Origin: Cycas panzhihuaensis
Lineage: Eukaryota > Plantae > Cycadophyta
Assembly: GCA_023213395.1 (NCBI GenBank)
Contig: CM041465.1
Location: 101,873,741 to 101,937,740 of the forward strand
DNA length: 64,000 nt
Reading direction: 5' to 3'
Shown here piece by piece: positions 1 through 13,353 of this stretch. The notes beneath the pieces are model-generated. The model was not told the origin of the DNA, did not search any database, and saw only the letters and a list, made by a program, of their open reading frames with translations. The position numbers and the translations under genes were made by a program. The number at the start of each line of letters is the position of its first letter. The first letter of the stretch is position 1.

Positions 1-329
1 CTGTTAAAAATTAGTGGGCCTAAGAACTGTAGGGCCCAAGTGGAATTCAAGAATTTACAGGCACACCCCATTTACATAGATACCATGAGGGAAGCTCATA
101 TGGCACCCTTGATTAAAAGACTCGGGATCTAGAAGGTGTGGTCTTCAATCAAGAACACCAAAAGGATAAGTTCCAAGAATATCCAAGTGATGAGATTCCA
201 TGGATGGTGAATATGCTTCAATTGCAATCTTTGTGTCAAATTCCATTGGTCACACAGCCTCTATCTTCAATGCCATCACTGTTTTGAGTATGGACATTTG
301 TTTATTGGCCTTCTATTTCATGTCTACAA

Positions 330-1803
330 TGTTTGATGCTTAAATATGGCATTGACAAATCATTTTTCAACTCAAATTTTGAGGGTGGAAATCAAAGCAG
401 AAACAAGACCTTTTGATGGCTTTTTACATGTGGAGAAGAGAGTCACTTGGTTGCCACGGGTAGTGGGGTGCTTCTTGCTGTAGAACTACACCAACTCTAG
501 ATTTAAGATGATTGAACAAGCCTTGCTATGGTGGGAGTCCTATGGCAAGAGAGAACAGCAATGCAATCTTCATATAGTAAGTAGTCAAAATATTATGTGC
601 AGAGAACCTAAACATACGGTTAGATGCAAGATGGGTGAACAACCTTTGTCTTGGCTGGGGTTGTATTTCAAGAAGACAAAAGAAAGATGGCAATATTTTC
701 GTTGTGAATAGTGTTCAAGGAGTGATGCAGAGGAAATTCCACCTGATGGGACATATGAGGGATGTTTACTTAAGATGGCAATGCTTCAGGGAAAGAGCAG
801 GCCACTTGCTACTTGATTGCACTAATGAGTTTCGTAAACCCTGCACCAAGTTGACATACATGAAGATGAAGAAATGTTATTAAAGTACATAAGAGAGATT
901 CACTCAAAATTTGCAATGGAACTTGAGTTTCTCAATATTGGGGGCCTTCAAGAGGCTTTTGGCATTTTACTTCAAAAATGGAGGCTTATGAAAGGGCAAG
1001 TGTTTATTTTCTTCTCATTTTAATGGCAAATCTAACATTAAATTAGCTTCAATGCCTAAATTTGAAGCAAGAGAGAACTTTGGATAGAAATTAGCCTGAC
1101 AATCAGAGAAAAATGAAGCAACCATCATAAAAGGATCAAGTTGAAATATAGATAGTTTGAATGTTGCAATGTGTATGCATTTAAAAGGAAATTGCTGGTA
1201 ATTGGATATTGAATTGGGATCTTGGAGGGCATTACAAAGGCAAGCTCACTATAATTGGTTGTAGCTACATAAGGCTAGTTTGATAGGATGGGAGTCGTGC
1301 ATTGATTGTGGAGGAAAAGAGAGTGGAAAAGGACATAGGAGCACTCTTTGTAACTGAGGGTTATGTTCAATAATGCTGTGGGCAACTTCAATCTAGGGAG
1401 TTAGAAGCAATAGAGAATTTTGGATAGAAGTTGGCTTTTCGATTAAAGAAGAAATGGGGCGACCATCATAAAAAGAGCAATTTGAAATATAGATAGTGTG
1501 AATGTTGCATTGTATGTGCATTCAAAAGGAAATTTCTATTATTTAGATATTATTAAGGCCCTAAAATTATTGCAAGGCCAACGTAGAGTAATTTGTGGCT
1601 ACATAAGCCTAGTGCGATAGGAATCTTGCATTGATTGTGCAGGAAAAGAGAGTGGATGAGGGCAAAGACTCTTTGTAGTTGAGGGTCGTATTCAATATGT
1701 TGCTGAAAACTTCAACCCAAGGAGTTAGAAACATAATATTTTTGAAGATAAAATCAAAGCAATTAATTTTCTAATTGTTGCACAGACAAATCCATATGCA
1801 CAT
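330..1803 (+). pseudogene. Host Ty3/gypsy element Z, piece 1: decayed gag, CCHC knuckle and start of protease
   Basis: Gag-like 'QALLWWES' and 'YLRWQ...TNEFRK'. Protease-like 'FNPRS*KHNIFE...NPY' runs up to the A insertion. The start coordinate is approximate. Confidence 0.65.
1066..1732 (+). repeat. Diverged tandem duplication, 2 x about 340 bp, inside Z (knuckle to protease start)
   Basis: agcaagagagaactttggatagaa...gggagttagaa (about 1066-1405) recurs as agcaatagagaattttggatagaa...aggagttagaa (about 1406-1732). Confidence 0.85.
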
Positions 1804-2210
1804 TTTTAAAACCTTTATGTTTCATCATGGAGCAATGTATTATTATTAGTCACTTTATACTTAATGTATATTGTGCCCTTTATGTAAAGTTATGTTTAAT
1901 TGTTCACCTTGATCCAAGTGAATACTTCTTATGTTGTGGATGTGTGATGTGTCACAATCCCAAGGATTCACTCACCTTGAGCTATGTGAATATTTTAATC
2001 ATTGTGGATGTGTGATGTGCCACAATTTCAAAGACACACTATTTTTAAGGACCATTTCTCTACTTGTAAATGACAAATAGTGTATGCATTGTTATGCTTG
2101 GAGAATATTATTGGAGTATAAAGCAATTCTACTTTCTCGTTTGTTTACATTTGCTTGTGTTTTGTCCATTGTCTCTTCACTTCACTTGGCTCAAGATATT
2201 ACTTTTTTCA
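1804..2210 (+). repeat. 5' LTR of A
   Basis: Aligns to 16319-16659, is followed by the PBS, and has an internal duplication of about 68 bp. Confidence 0.88.
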
Positions 2211-3729
2211 TTTTGGTATTAGAACTTTATTGGTGGCCAAGTGAGTTTGTGTTGTGAAAGTTAGGTTAAAATTTTAAAGTTGTTATTTTTCAAAGTACAT
2301 TTTGTTTTAGGAGGAATTTATTCAAAATATTAGTATTGTATTCTGAGTTTCCTTTTGAGAAAATCTCATTATTATCGTGAGGCTATCCTCAACTGAAAAG
2401 TTTTGAAAGGAATTTTGTAGGGCTAATCTCTTTCTTTTGGGAAAATTTATTTATTTTTTAAATTGTAAATATGCTTTTGTGTAGGGCATCATGTTTTTTT
2501 TGTGTAGGATCTTATCACTACATATGTTAGGACGTTTGCATCTTTGGTAGAGCCTTAGAACTCAACTTTAAAAAATTATTGCTAAATTGTCTTCAATGTA
2601 TACAAAGTTGCATTGGCATCTCCTTGTTCTATCCCATTGTGTGTGGTGTGTGGACTATTGTGGCGTACTCTTTGTTGGGGTGTCTGTTGCATCTCCTATT
2701 TTGTGGAATATCTTTGTTGCGTTGGCATTTCTCATTGGCATATTAACCTTTCCTGCACTATGTTCTGTGGCTTTTCATTGGCGCATTGTTCACTGGTGGC
2801 TTTCTTGTGATGCACTCTTGTGTGGCTTTGTTCTATGCCTTCATGGTGATTCTCAGATGCTCCCATCGCCCCATGGCTCTTTCACAATGACTCTCTAGTC
2901 ATTCTTGTTAACAACAAATCCATTTATTTGTAGATCGATCTAGAAATTGACATCGAAAATTCTGCATTACACGCCTCTTAGAAGGCAGTAAAATTTTCAA
3001 AAAAAAGGTTTTTCGTCTAAGTTTATCATGTTAAGTTATGAAAATTTAATCAGTCAATTTTTAATTTGAGATCTATTGTTTGAAGTTTCTTAGCCCTTTT
3101 TCTTTTAGCATGTGGTCACATGAAACAAGAGGGTTAAGTGTTTTTAAAGCCCAAAACACCATTTTTTTTTTTAATGGAAAATATATTTGCAAAGCAATTT
3201 TGAGTGCTCTCCTCATTTTACTTGTGAGATTTGTAATTTGGTGTAGTGTCACACACCTATCTGGCTTCTTTTTTTTTTTTTTTTCTTGAAATGTTAAAAT
3301 AATATTTTTAAAGCATCGATGAGAGATGAAATCAATCTAATAAAAGTTATTTTTTATTGTGTATGGGGGGTTTTTTTAATGGTTCCATGTGTCATTATAG
3401 ATTGTCTCATTAAATTAACTTTTTAAAGTGTTTTTCATTTCACTTTTTATACCAAGGAAAAACATAAAAGTAAGCATTCATTGTAATTTCAGCACTCAAT
3501 CATCATCAAGTAGCATTAAAAGGCTTATTTGTACTTCAAAATTTACTTAAGTTTGGTGCATTCTCTAGGGGGCCAACTAGTTGTATGACTAACGTATGGC
3601 AATAAAGATACAAACACTCGTAATGATTTGGTCATCTAGAAGGTCTTATTAGAATTGAAAACTCTAAGGAAAGTAATGTATATTCTTGCATATTAAGCTT
3701 TTATCAAATAATTGATTGAGTGAAATATC

Positions 3730-5700
3730 ATCCTAGTAGCATCAATTATAAAAGCAAACATTGAAAAGTTTTTTAGAAATAAGAATTTTATTGTATGAAA
3801 AAAATATATTAAAAATTTAATGATTATTTATGAACTGTAGATTTACACTAGTCAAGCTCTGTTTATTGATTCAATTACATTGTAAATATTTCAAGGATTA
3901 TATTCAATCACGCTTATTTTCTTACATTTATTAGTGAGTAATAATGTTGATCAAAATATTAAAACTATTTCAACCATTAAAGAAGCAGGGACTACTTTAC
4001 TAATTGTATGAAAAAAAGGATGAACTAAAAGTTTTGATGATTAAGGCGAAGTTGTTTCATCTTAAACTTATAAGCACAATAGTTTTATACGTAAATTAAG
4101 TAAAGATAATTTAAAATCAATTAGCAATATTAGATGCACTTATTTTTTATATTAGTGCAATTACTACCATCATAACTAGTTTTCCTAAAGATTATGAGAG
4201 ATTTATCTCTAATATCTTTTTGAATTAGAAAATGAAGACTACACCCCAATGAAATTGAGGGCTTTCTACTACAAGAGGAGCAAATCCAAAATTGACATAG
4301 TTTTGCAAATTTTTTAGTCTATTTTTATTAAAGAACAAGGGCAAATTTTTTTTTTTATAAGAACAGATATTTCAAAAGAAATTTGGTAACTTAAATTTTA
4401 ATGGTAATAAAACCAAATTTGTTATTTGTTATTATTATGCCAAAATGGGTCACATTCAATTTGAATATAAGAAGTAAAATAATATGCTACAGGAAAATCT
4501 GTAAACAGTATAATGATCAAATCAAGCTAGCTTTCGAAGAGGTTGACAAGTATTGTGTGTCAATTAGTGTGGTGGATTTCGTGGTGGCAATCAAAGCCAT
4601 GTATACAACATGGCAACAATGAGAGACATTTTTGTTTTTTTGGTGATTGTTATAAAGATAACACTTGAGTTGTAGATTTAGAGGCATCATGTCACATGAC
4701 ATGTGATGTTAGTTTGTTGATATTAAAAAGAGCAAATGTGACATTAGCTTTTGGAGATGATATGACTTGAAATTACAAGAGCTGGCAAAGTTTCTCTTGT
4801 TGTAAATAATCAAAATCCTAATCAGTCTTTTCCTAGTTGTGATGTGTCTTTAGTTCTTTGCATGTTTAAAAATTTGTTTTCAATTAGTTAGATAATAAGC
4901 AACAAATAAATGTACTATTAAAAAATAGGAAATACATTATAAGGGATAATAAAGATCAGATTGTTATTGTTGGTCATGAAGACCATGGTCTTTAAAATTA
5001 GATACAACATCTAATAACACTCATGCGTTAGTCTCATCGTAAAAAATAAAGATTAATTATAGTATAAAAGACTAGGTTATTTGAACCTTAGAAAGTTTTA
5101 GGTTAATGTTTCAACTTAATATGGTATATGATCTATGCAAGATTTCGGTAGGTAAGTGCCTTTGTAGAGTATGCTTGATGGGGAAACAACATTGTAAACT
5201 ATCTTCCAAAGGAAAGGTATGGAAAATTCGAAACTTATTACAATTAATACATTTTGACATTTGTGAAACCATATCCACATAATCTCTTGGTGGCACAAAT
5301 TTCATCACATTCATTGATGATTTTTTACATAAGGTGTGGGTCTATTTCTTGAAACATAAATCTTAAGCATTCACCAAGTTCAAAGAATTTAAATTTATAA
5401 TTGAAAAATAATCAAGCATGTAAATTAAGATATTTAGTTTTGATAATGGTGACAAGCGTACCTGTAAAGAGTTCAATCAATTTTGCATTTATTATGGCAT
5501 TTAGTGGTGATTTTCAACTGTACTTACACCTTAATACAATGTTATGGTAGAATACATAAACATGACATTCATCAACAAAGCTTAGACTATAATGCAGACA
5601 AAATGATTTTTTGAAACTTATTGGACAAAAGTAGTTCAAATTACTATTTATTTGTCTAAAAGAAGTTCCACTAAAATACTATGGAATATGATGCTTAAGG
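3730..5700 (+). pseudogene. A gag, protease and integrase N-half (many stops and frameshifts)
   Basis: 'FITFIDDFLHKVWVYFLKHKS*AFTKFKEFK...DNGD' near 5300-5460. Interrupted by B at the TPEEAW-like motif. Confidence 0.85.
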
Positions 5701-6243
5701 TATTAAACCTATGTTTATATGTTAAGCATATGTACTTTATTTTTTATGTATTATTTGTACCTTTGTACTTTATGGGGTGAGTTATCACTTAAGTGATAAA
5801 GTGCATACCCACATTCTTTCCTAGTAATACAACATTGTCACTTAAGGGTCAAATGGACCCCCACGCACTTTTATTCACTTGAGAGCCCAAAATGACATGT
5901 CCTATATGCAAGGCATGTACTTTGGATGTTTGACACTTGTCAAACATCCAATGCCTTAGGTCTCTTCTTTCACTCTATATATTAAGACCTCTTCTTATAG
6001 TTCTCATATAGAGTTGGAGCTGTATTGTTATATTGCCAGTTTGTTAATCAAATTGTTATTCATTTAGAGATTAGACCAATTCCATCTCCTTCCATTTGGT
6101 ATCATTTATTCTTTCTCTTTGTGCTTTGATCTTGCTTATGCTAATCTCATTTTCATTACTAGTCTAGATTTTATGCTTTCTAGAATATTAGTGAATTTAT
6201 CTTTTAGATCTTGGGTTTCAAAATCCTTTTGGCCATTTCAACA
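5701..6243 (+). repeat. 5' LTR of B
   Basis: Colinear with 12805-13353 and ends in ...caaca. Confidence 0.95.
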
Positions 6244-8580
6244 TTTGGTATCAAAGCTAGAGGAGATTAGTTCTCTCTGTTCTGATTTTTTTCTTGCTCA
6301 AAGAAGATTTAAAATAAGTTCTACAACCCCTTGGTGACAACCTTTGCTCTCAGAAGGTGATCCAAGGCTAGTTTTTGGTTCATAACTGCAGATCAAGCTT
6401 TTTGAAGCAGTGTTGAAGGTTAGAGAAGGTATATTTCTTAGATCTCAAATTTTTTCAAACCACCAACTGAGGTTTTGAGTTGGTTTACTCATTTTTCATT
6501 GTGTTTTCTTATCAAAACTATAATTTTTAGCTAATCTTTCCCTACAGAAGAGGGTGTTGAGCTATTCTACAGCCATTTGGAGCTCTCAGATTGAATTTAC
6601 TTGAAGTTTGAGGCCCCCTACAGGCTGTTGATCAATCTCTGGGCATTTTCAGCGTTGAAACTCCACTCAGAAAGCACAAAAATGCTTGTGCATTGTTGTT
6701 GAAGACTCTTGCTCACTTGAGAACTTCTACACAGCCCTTAGAGAGCCCCACAAACATTATACGAAGAAGACACAGAGTTAAAGATAGTCGTATTGTTGAA
6801 TTCTCATCACTTGGCTTGGGAGCCCTTCCAAAATCATCTCTTCTTCGTTCTCATTCCACAGTGAGCCAAATCATGTGAGACTTGTACTGAATCTTTGTCC
6901 AGGGTACACGACACTACCTATAAAATCTCGTGATGTTCTATTGAGTCTATGAAAAGATACAAGCGTTGAAAGCTCCACGAGGACGCGCGGCTCACGCCGT
7001 TGTGAAATCTATTTTTTTCTTTTGATTTTTTGAAATATTTTTCAAAATACACTTTAATGTTATAAACTTTATGTTATAACATTAGAAATATTCTTCAAAA
7101 TATTCTTCTTTTCATAAAGCTCACTTATCTTAAAGTCTTATTTAAAGTTACTTAACACATTAAAAATATCACCTTTTAAAGCCATTTTTTAGTGATTTTT
7201 CAATTATTTAATTACAGTGACTTCACTTTGAGTAAAAAAGACTTAATCAAGGTTTTTTTCAGTGACTTCTCTCATTAAAAAGTGATATTTTTTTGTCATT
7301 AAGCTATTTTTCATTAAAGGCACCTTGCATGGCGACCTTTTAGCTTAATTTTTTTAAAGAAAAAATTACTTTTTTTCTTATTTTTGAAGCTAAAATCTTC
7401 CTTGTAGTTAGTGATCTCATTGAATCACTAATGTTAAGTCATTCTCTCATCTTTAAAGATTAGAAATACTTGATTAAAGTGTTCATTAAGGCTCCTTGCA
7501 TGGTATCCTTATTACTCAAAGTTGCAAAAAATCTTTGAATTTCAGCATTTACTTTTTGGCATTTTAAGCCTTATTTAACACTCATTCCATATTTACAAGT
7601 GTTAAAAAGCTTTGTTAGAAGTGATTTCTAAGTGTAGATACCTTGTCAAAGTGATCTTTATCATTATTTCAACATTTTTAAGGCACCTTGCATGGTGACC
7701 TATTGCCCTTAGTCACAAAAAAGGACTCACAAAGGCTTGTTACTTAATATAATTACTTATATTGTTGATCGTGGGGACTATTTTAAAGTCCTAACACTTG
7801 GAGCTTGGCATCTTTATTTTGCAAGTAATCTTCCTCTCTTCATCTTCAACATTAAAAGGAACCTACTTGTATTTTCAACACAGAGGCTTTGCTTAATTTC
7901 ATTGAAGCACTTAGCAACTTTTTCAAAGTGCTTATTTTCTCAAACATTTTTCATTGTACTCAAGCACTCTTTTACTTGGATTTGATAGCACTACTTTACT
8001 CCATAAAGTGCTATTGTAAAACACTCTAAGTGTTCATTTTGATGTACTTGTTTGCTTCTTTTTGGAGTTCTTTTCATTGTAAGCTTAATTAAGCATCTAC
8101 ATTATCCAAGTAAAATAAACTCTAAGTTCATTTTAACCTTATAAAAAGTGACTTTAAAATCAAGTAGGAGAGGCCCAAGAAAGGTTCAAACATTGCCTCT
8201 TAAATAACCTTAAGCTTAGTGCATTCTCTAGGGGACCAACCGACCATACGGTTAGTGCATGACAATTGAGGTTGTTTGAAGGAAAGGAGGTTCAAAAAGT
8301 GTGTTATTGAGGTTGTGAATCCCAAGGAAAGCATGGTACATCCATGCAGATCAACCCTACTTACTTTGTTCTAGATTTAACTTAGCTAACTGTTGGATCT
8401 CCTCTATAGATTAAAATTGGACAAACTCTTTAGCTTAGTCCTCCACCCCTCATCACTCCATTCAATTGTTGGATCTTCTAGTAAGATCAAGACTGTTGGT
8501 TTTGTTAGAAGGTAGAACTTAAGTAGCGAAAGCTTTGAGTTTCTAAGTTATCTGCTAGCTTCAAGCTTTACAAGTTTAAC

Positions 8581-11500
8581 ATGGCTACTATAAAAATGTT
8601 AAATATATGTACCATCAGATTAATAGGACAAGACAACTATCAAGAATAGAAAATGATCACATAAAACCTATTGATAATGAACGCATTTTGGGGTTATGTT
8701 TATAGAAGAATACCTCAACCTATACCTGTTGAAGATGAAGGTATAATTGTTCATCCTGATCCTACTTGTGTTGCTACTTGGGAAGTGAAAGATGAAATTG
8801 TTTTGGCATTTTTACATATGATTATTGATGTTCATATTAACCAAAATATTGTGTGTGTAAAAACTTCCAAAGAAGCTTGGAATATTTTATCATCTTTGTA
8901 TGAAAGACTAGGTGAAGCTCACATTTTGATGGTGTAAGCTAAGTTGTATTCTTTAAAATTTATCAAATCTATGTTGGCTTTTCTTTCCTCCATCAAGGAG
9001 ATATGTAATGAATTGAATACATTAAGTTAACATGCTTTTAGGGATGAGCTTGTAACAATAATTGTTATAGCATTGCCTGAGGATTACAATGGATTTATAT
9101 CATCCACTACATGAGATTGTTCACTTAAAAGAATGTCTTTTAATGAACTTGAAAGCTTGTTGCTTCAAGAGGAGAAGATTTATATCAAGGACAACGATGA
9201 TGAACCATCCACTTTAGAAGCATTCACGACTAAATCAAATGCCAAGCAAAATCTTAAACATACACTTTCAAAGTAGTTTGGGAATATGAACATTGGTTCT
9301 TTAAAGACTAATATTATCTATTATTATTATAGCAAAGTGAGCTACATCGCTCCTAATTGTAGAAAGAAACAAGTCGATCTCCAACACACACAATAGTAGC
9401 AGCAATAGCCACGTCAGCAGCATCAGAGACAACAACCACCACGTTAGCAATTCTAGTAGCAACGATTTTGGCAATAACAACAGTAGTAACTCTCTCGACC
9501 AAATCGAGGTGCTTATCGAAGAGGTCAAAGAGGAAAGAGGGGGGGGGGAGGGTTAGAGATGGCAATCAACACCACTTTAGTTAATTTATAGATGAAGACA
9601 AATTATTTTGTGCTTATCATACATCCAAGATTGATCAAACTTGGATCATTAACTTAGGAGCTACTCAACACACGACTGGGAGTGAAGAACTCCTTTGTGA
9701 TATCAAAGAAGGAAAAGGTCAATCCGTGACTTTCAGTAACAATGAGTCAGTTAAAATTTCTGGCATATGCATAATTGCCCCATTTCATTCTCCTTCCAAT
9801 CCTTCATCCACATTGTCTAATGGCAATGGTTATTTTATACCTTCCATGGAGAAGAGTTTGCTATTTGTTAGCAAATTGGATAAGTAACAAATGAGCATTT
9901 TATTCAAGAATGAGAAATGTGTAATAAGTGACAAGAATGACCAGGTAGTGGCTGTTGGATATGAGAATCATGGCCTCTATAAGTTGGCTGCTAATAATAT
10001 AATACTTGATTCTTCTTACTCTAGTTCCATTGTCACTCAATCTTAGTCCAAGATGCAACTTTGGCATCAATGTCTAGGCCACTTAAGCTTAGACAATCTC
10101 ACGTAGATGGTGAACAAGAATATGGTGCATGGGCTTCCAAAGATGTATGGCTCAAGATATCTTTGTGAAGCATGTATAATAGGGACACAACATCGCTTGC
10201 CTTTTCCTAAAGGAAAAGCTTGGTATGCATCATATCCTTTGCAGTTGATACATTTAGATTTGTATAGACATATGTCCACCGCATCCTTTAGAGGAGCCTT
10301 GCATTATATCTCCTTCATTAACGATTTCTCCCATAATGTTTGGGTTTACTTTATTAAACATAAATCTGAAACATTTCAAAAGTTTAAGGAATTCAAATTT
10401 GAAGTGGAGAACAAGTCTAGCCAATCAATCAAAATACTAAGGTTAGACAATGGAGGTGAATTCACTTCAAAGGAATTCACCCAATTCTTCAAGGATAATG
10501 GCATTCGAAGACAGCTTACCATTCCTCACACTCCTCAACAAAACATAGTCTCTGAATGGATGAATAGAAATTTGGCTAACAAAGCCAAAGCAATGATGCA
10601 TGCAAAGGAACTCACACGAGCTTATTGGGCAGAAACATTCTACACAACTACCTATATGGCAAATCAGAGTCCAACATCAGCAGTTATTGGCATCACACCT
10701 GAGGAGGCATGATCTAGCAAAAATCCAATTATCAGCCATTTGAGGACATTTGGGTGCACTACTTATATGTATATCCCTGGTCAACAAAGAACTAAATTAG
10801 ACAAGCATAGTTTAAAATGCATCTTTGTGGGTTATACCATTCATAGTAAAGCCTACAAGTTGTATGATCTTATTGGGAAGATAAGGCATCTCTCAAGAGA
10901 TGCAATCTTTACTGAAAATGAACATAAGGAGTTGGATTTAGCATCCATCAAACCTTCTATTGATAAAGGCAAAAATATTGTTAAGGCTTCCATTCCCTCT
11001 CAATCTTCAACTCCATGCACATCATTTGCACCTGCTGGCCCATCCACATCATCAAAATCGACTCCACTTGATTCTAGTACATCTTCTGTTGATCAACCAC
11101 TTAGACTGGAAGATCTTGAGGTTCAAGTTACATTGATCAAAAAGTTGCCCAAATGGTATACTTAAACAGTACAGGATATCCAAATTATTGAAGGAAAACG
11201 TTCATCAAAATACATGCAACAAATCAATTATGCACTTAAGGTTGAAGTAATTTATGTTGATGAGCCGTTCACTTTTGAGGAGGCTTTTAAAAATGAAAAT
11301 TAGAAGGCTACTATGGATAAAGAAATCAATTCTATTAAAAAGAATGAAACTTAGAATTTGGTTGAATTACTTAAACACAAACAGACAATCAGTTGTAAAT
11401 AGGTCTATAAGACTAAATTCCATTCTAATGGTACACTTAAGTGCCAAAAGGCTCACCTTGTTGTAAAAGGTTTCAAACAAAAAGAAGGCATAGATTATGA

Positions 11501-12790
11501 GGAGACTTTTGCACCTGTTACCAATATGCATACCATCAGACTCATCTTAGTCTTAGCAGCTCAATGCAAATGACCGATTTTTCAGATAGACATGAAAAGT
11601 ACCTTTCTCAATGGTGATCTTCAAAAGGAGGTATACTTGGAATAACCTCCTGGTTACAAAGTACAAGGCAAGGAGTACTTAATTTATCACCTAAAAAAGT
11701 GTTGTATGGTTTAAAACAAGCTTCAAGAGCATGGTACTCAAAGATTGATGATTACTTTTTGAGACATAGGTATCATCGATTTATTTCAGATCCTAACTTG
11801 TATATCAAAGTTGGGAAAGACCATGCTATTTTCATTGTCTTGTATGCTGATGACTTAGTGATCACTGGCAATGATACTAAGATGGTATTGATTCTATAGG
11901 ATGACTTGAAGAGGAGTTTCAAGATGACAAATCTTAGACTTCTTCATTATTTTTTAGGCTTTAAGATATGACAACATCAAGGCTATATCTCATCTCCCAA
12001 GCTAAATATTCTTGGGACATTTTACAGTGGTTTATGATGCATGACTGTAAACCTATGCCTACACCTATGTAGAATGGTACAAAACTTACTCTCAATGAAG
12101 AAGCTGAATCAATAGATCCTACTCTTTACTAACAGTTGATTGGTAGCCTCATTTACCTCACCAAAACTCGATCAGATATTTTATTTGCAATTGGGATTTG
12201 CTCCATATACATGTCTCAACCCAATCAGAAGCATTGGAATGTAGCCTAATGCATATTCAAATACATCAAAGGCATATTGCAACATGGCCTTGAGTATGCA
12301 TATAATGAGAACTTCACTTTGGAAGGGTTCTCATATTCTAATTGGGCAGGTTGCCAAGATACCAGGAGATCAACATTGGGTTACTATTTTAACCTTGGTT
12401 CAATAGTTGTTTCGTGGAGTTTCAAGAAGCAACTCAATATTACATTGTCCTCCATCGAAGTAGAGTACATAGTTGTAGTTAGCGCAACTTGTGAAGCTAT
12501 CTGGCTATGATGGATTCTTGGGGAGCTTGGACTTGATCAAGATCACCTCATTAGGATATATTGCAACAATCAAAGTATGTTCAAGTTGGCCAAGAATCTC
12601 GTTTTTCATACAAGGACTAAACATATTGAGGTTCATCGTCACTTCATTAGAGAGCATATGTAGAGCGGTGAGATCAACCTCGAGTATAGACCTATAGAGA
12701 AATAGACAATAGATATCTTTACCAAGCCACTTGGTAGAGAAAAGTTTATAAAATTTAGATATGGTGTAGGGGTCTGACTTAATATTATAA
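8581..12790 (+). pseudogene. B gag-pol polyprotein (gag, CCHC, protease, GAG-pre-integrase, integrase, RT, RNase H), disrupted
   Basis: ORF 10107-10712 is the integrase core (HLDL, NDFSHNVWVYF, RLDNGGEF, TPQQN). 11699-11899 is RT (LYGLKQASRAWY, LYADDL). 12277-12510 is RNase H (NWAGCQDTRRST). Confidence 0.95.
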
Positions 12791-12804
12791 ACTGTAAGGG
12801 GGGG

Positions 12805-13353
12805 TGTTAAACCTTATACTTATATGTTAAGCCTATGTACTTTATTTCTTATGTATTATTTATACTTTTGTACTTTATGGGGTGACTTATCACTTAAATG
12901 ATAAAGTGTACATCAACATTCTTTCCTAGTGACATAACATTATCATTAACGGGTCAAATGGACCCCCATGCACTTTTGCTCACTTGAGAGCCCAAAAGGA
13001 CACATGTCTTATATGCAAGGCATGTACCTTGGATATTTGACACTTGTCAAACATCCAATGCCTTAGGCCTCTTCTGTTACTCTATATATTGAGGTCTCTT
13101 CTCATGGTTCTCATATAGAGTTAGAGCTATATTGTTATGCTTCTAGTTTACTAATCAAACTGCTATTCATTTGGAGGTTGGACCAATTCCAACTCTTTAT
13201 ATTTAGTATCATTTTTCTCTCACTCTTTGTGCTTTGATCTTGCTTATGTTAATATCATATTTTAATTGTTAGTCTAGATTATTTACTTTCTAGAACTAGA
13301 GTGAATATATTTCCTAGATCTTATGTTTCAAAGGCCTTGTGGCCATTTCAACA
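12805..13353 (+). repeat. 3' LTR of B
   Basis: tgttaaacc...ttcaaca; follows the PPT and precedes the TSD. Confidence 0.95.

Larger units (their letters stand above)
5701..13353 (+). mobile_element. Ty1/copia LTR retrotransposon B, full length, nested in the A integrase
   Basis: LTRs 5701-6243 and 12805-13353. Perfect TSD taagg (5696-5700, 13354-13358). PBS tggtatcaaagc at 6246-6257. PPT aagggggggg before 12805. Confidence 0.97.

Noticed and set aside
1-330. Possible LTR or host exon at the window start
   Set aside because: I found no partner repeat, PBS or recognisable coding motif, so it is left unassigned.
2587-2898. 103 aa hydrophobic ORF, and the similar ORF at 62646-62939
   Set aside because: Both lie in T-rich retrotransposon leaders, have no recognisable motif, and are explained by base composition.
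9301-9565. Leu- and Val-rich minus ORFs resembling membrane proteins
   Set aside because: They are antisense to the low-complexity tract of the B gag.
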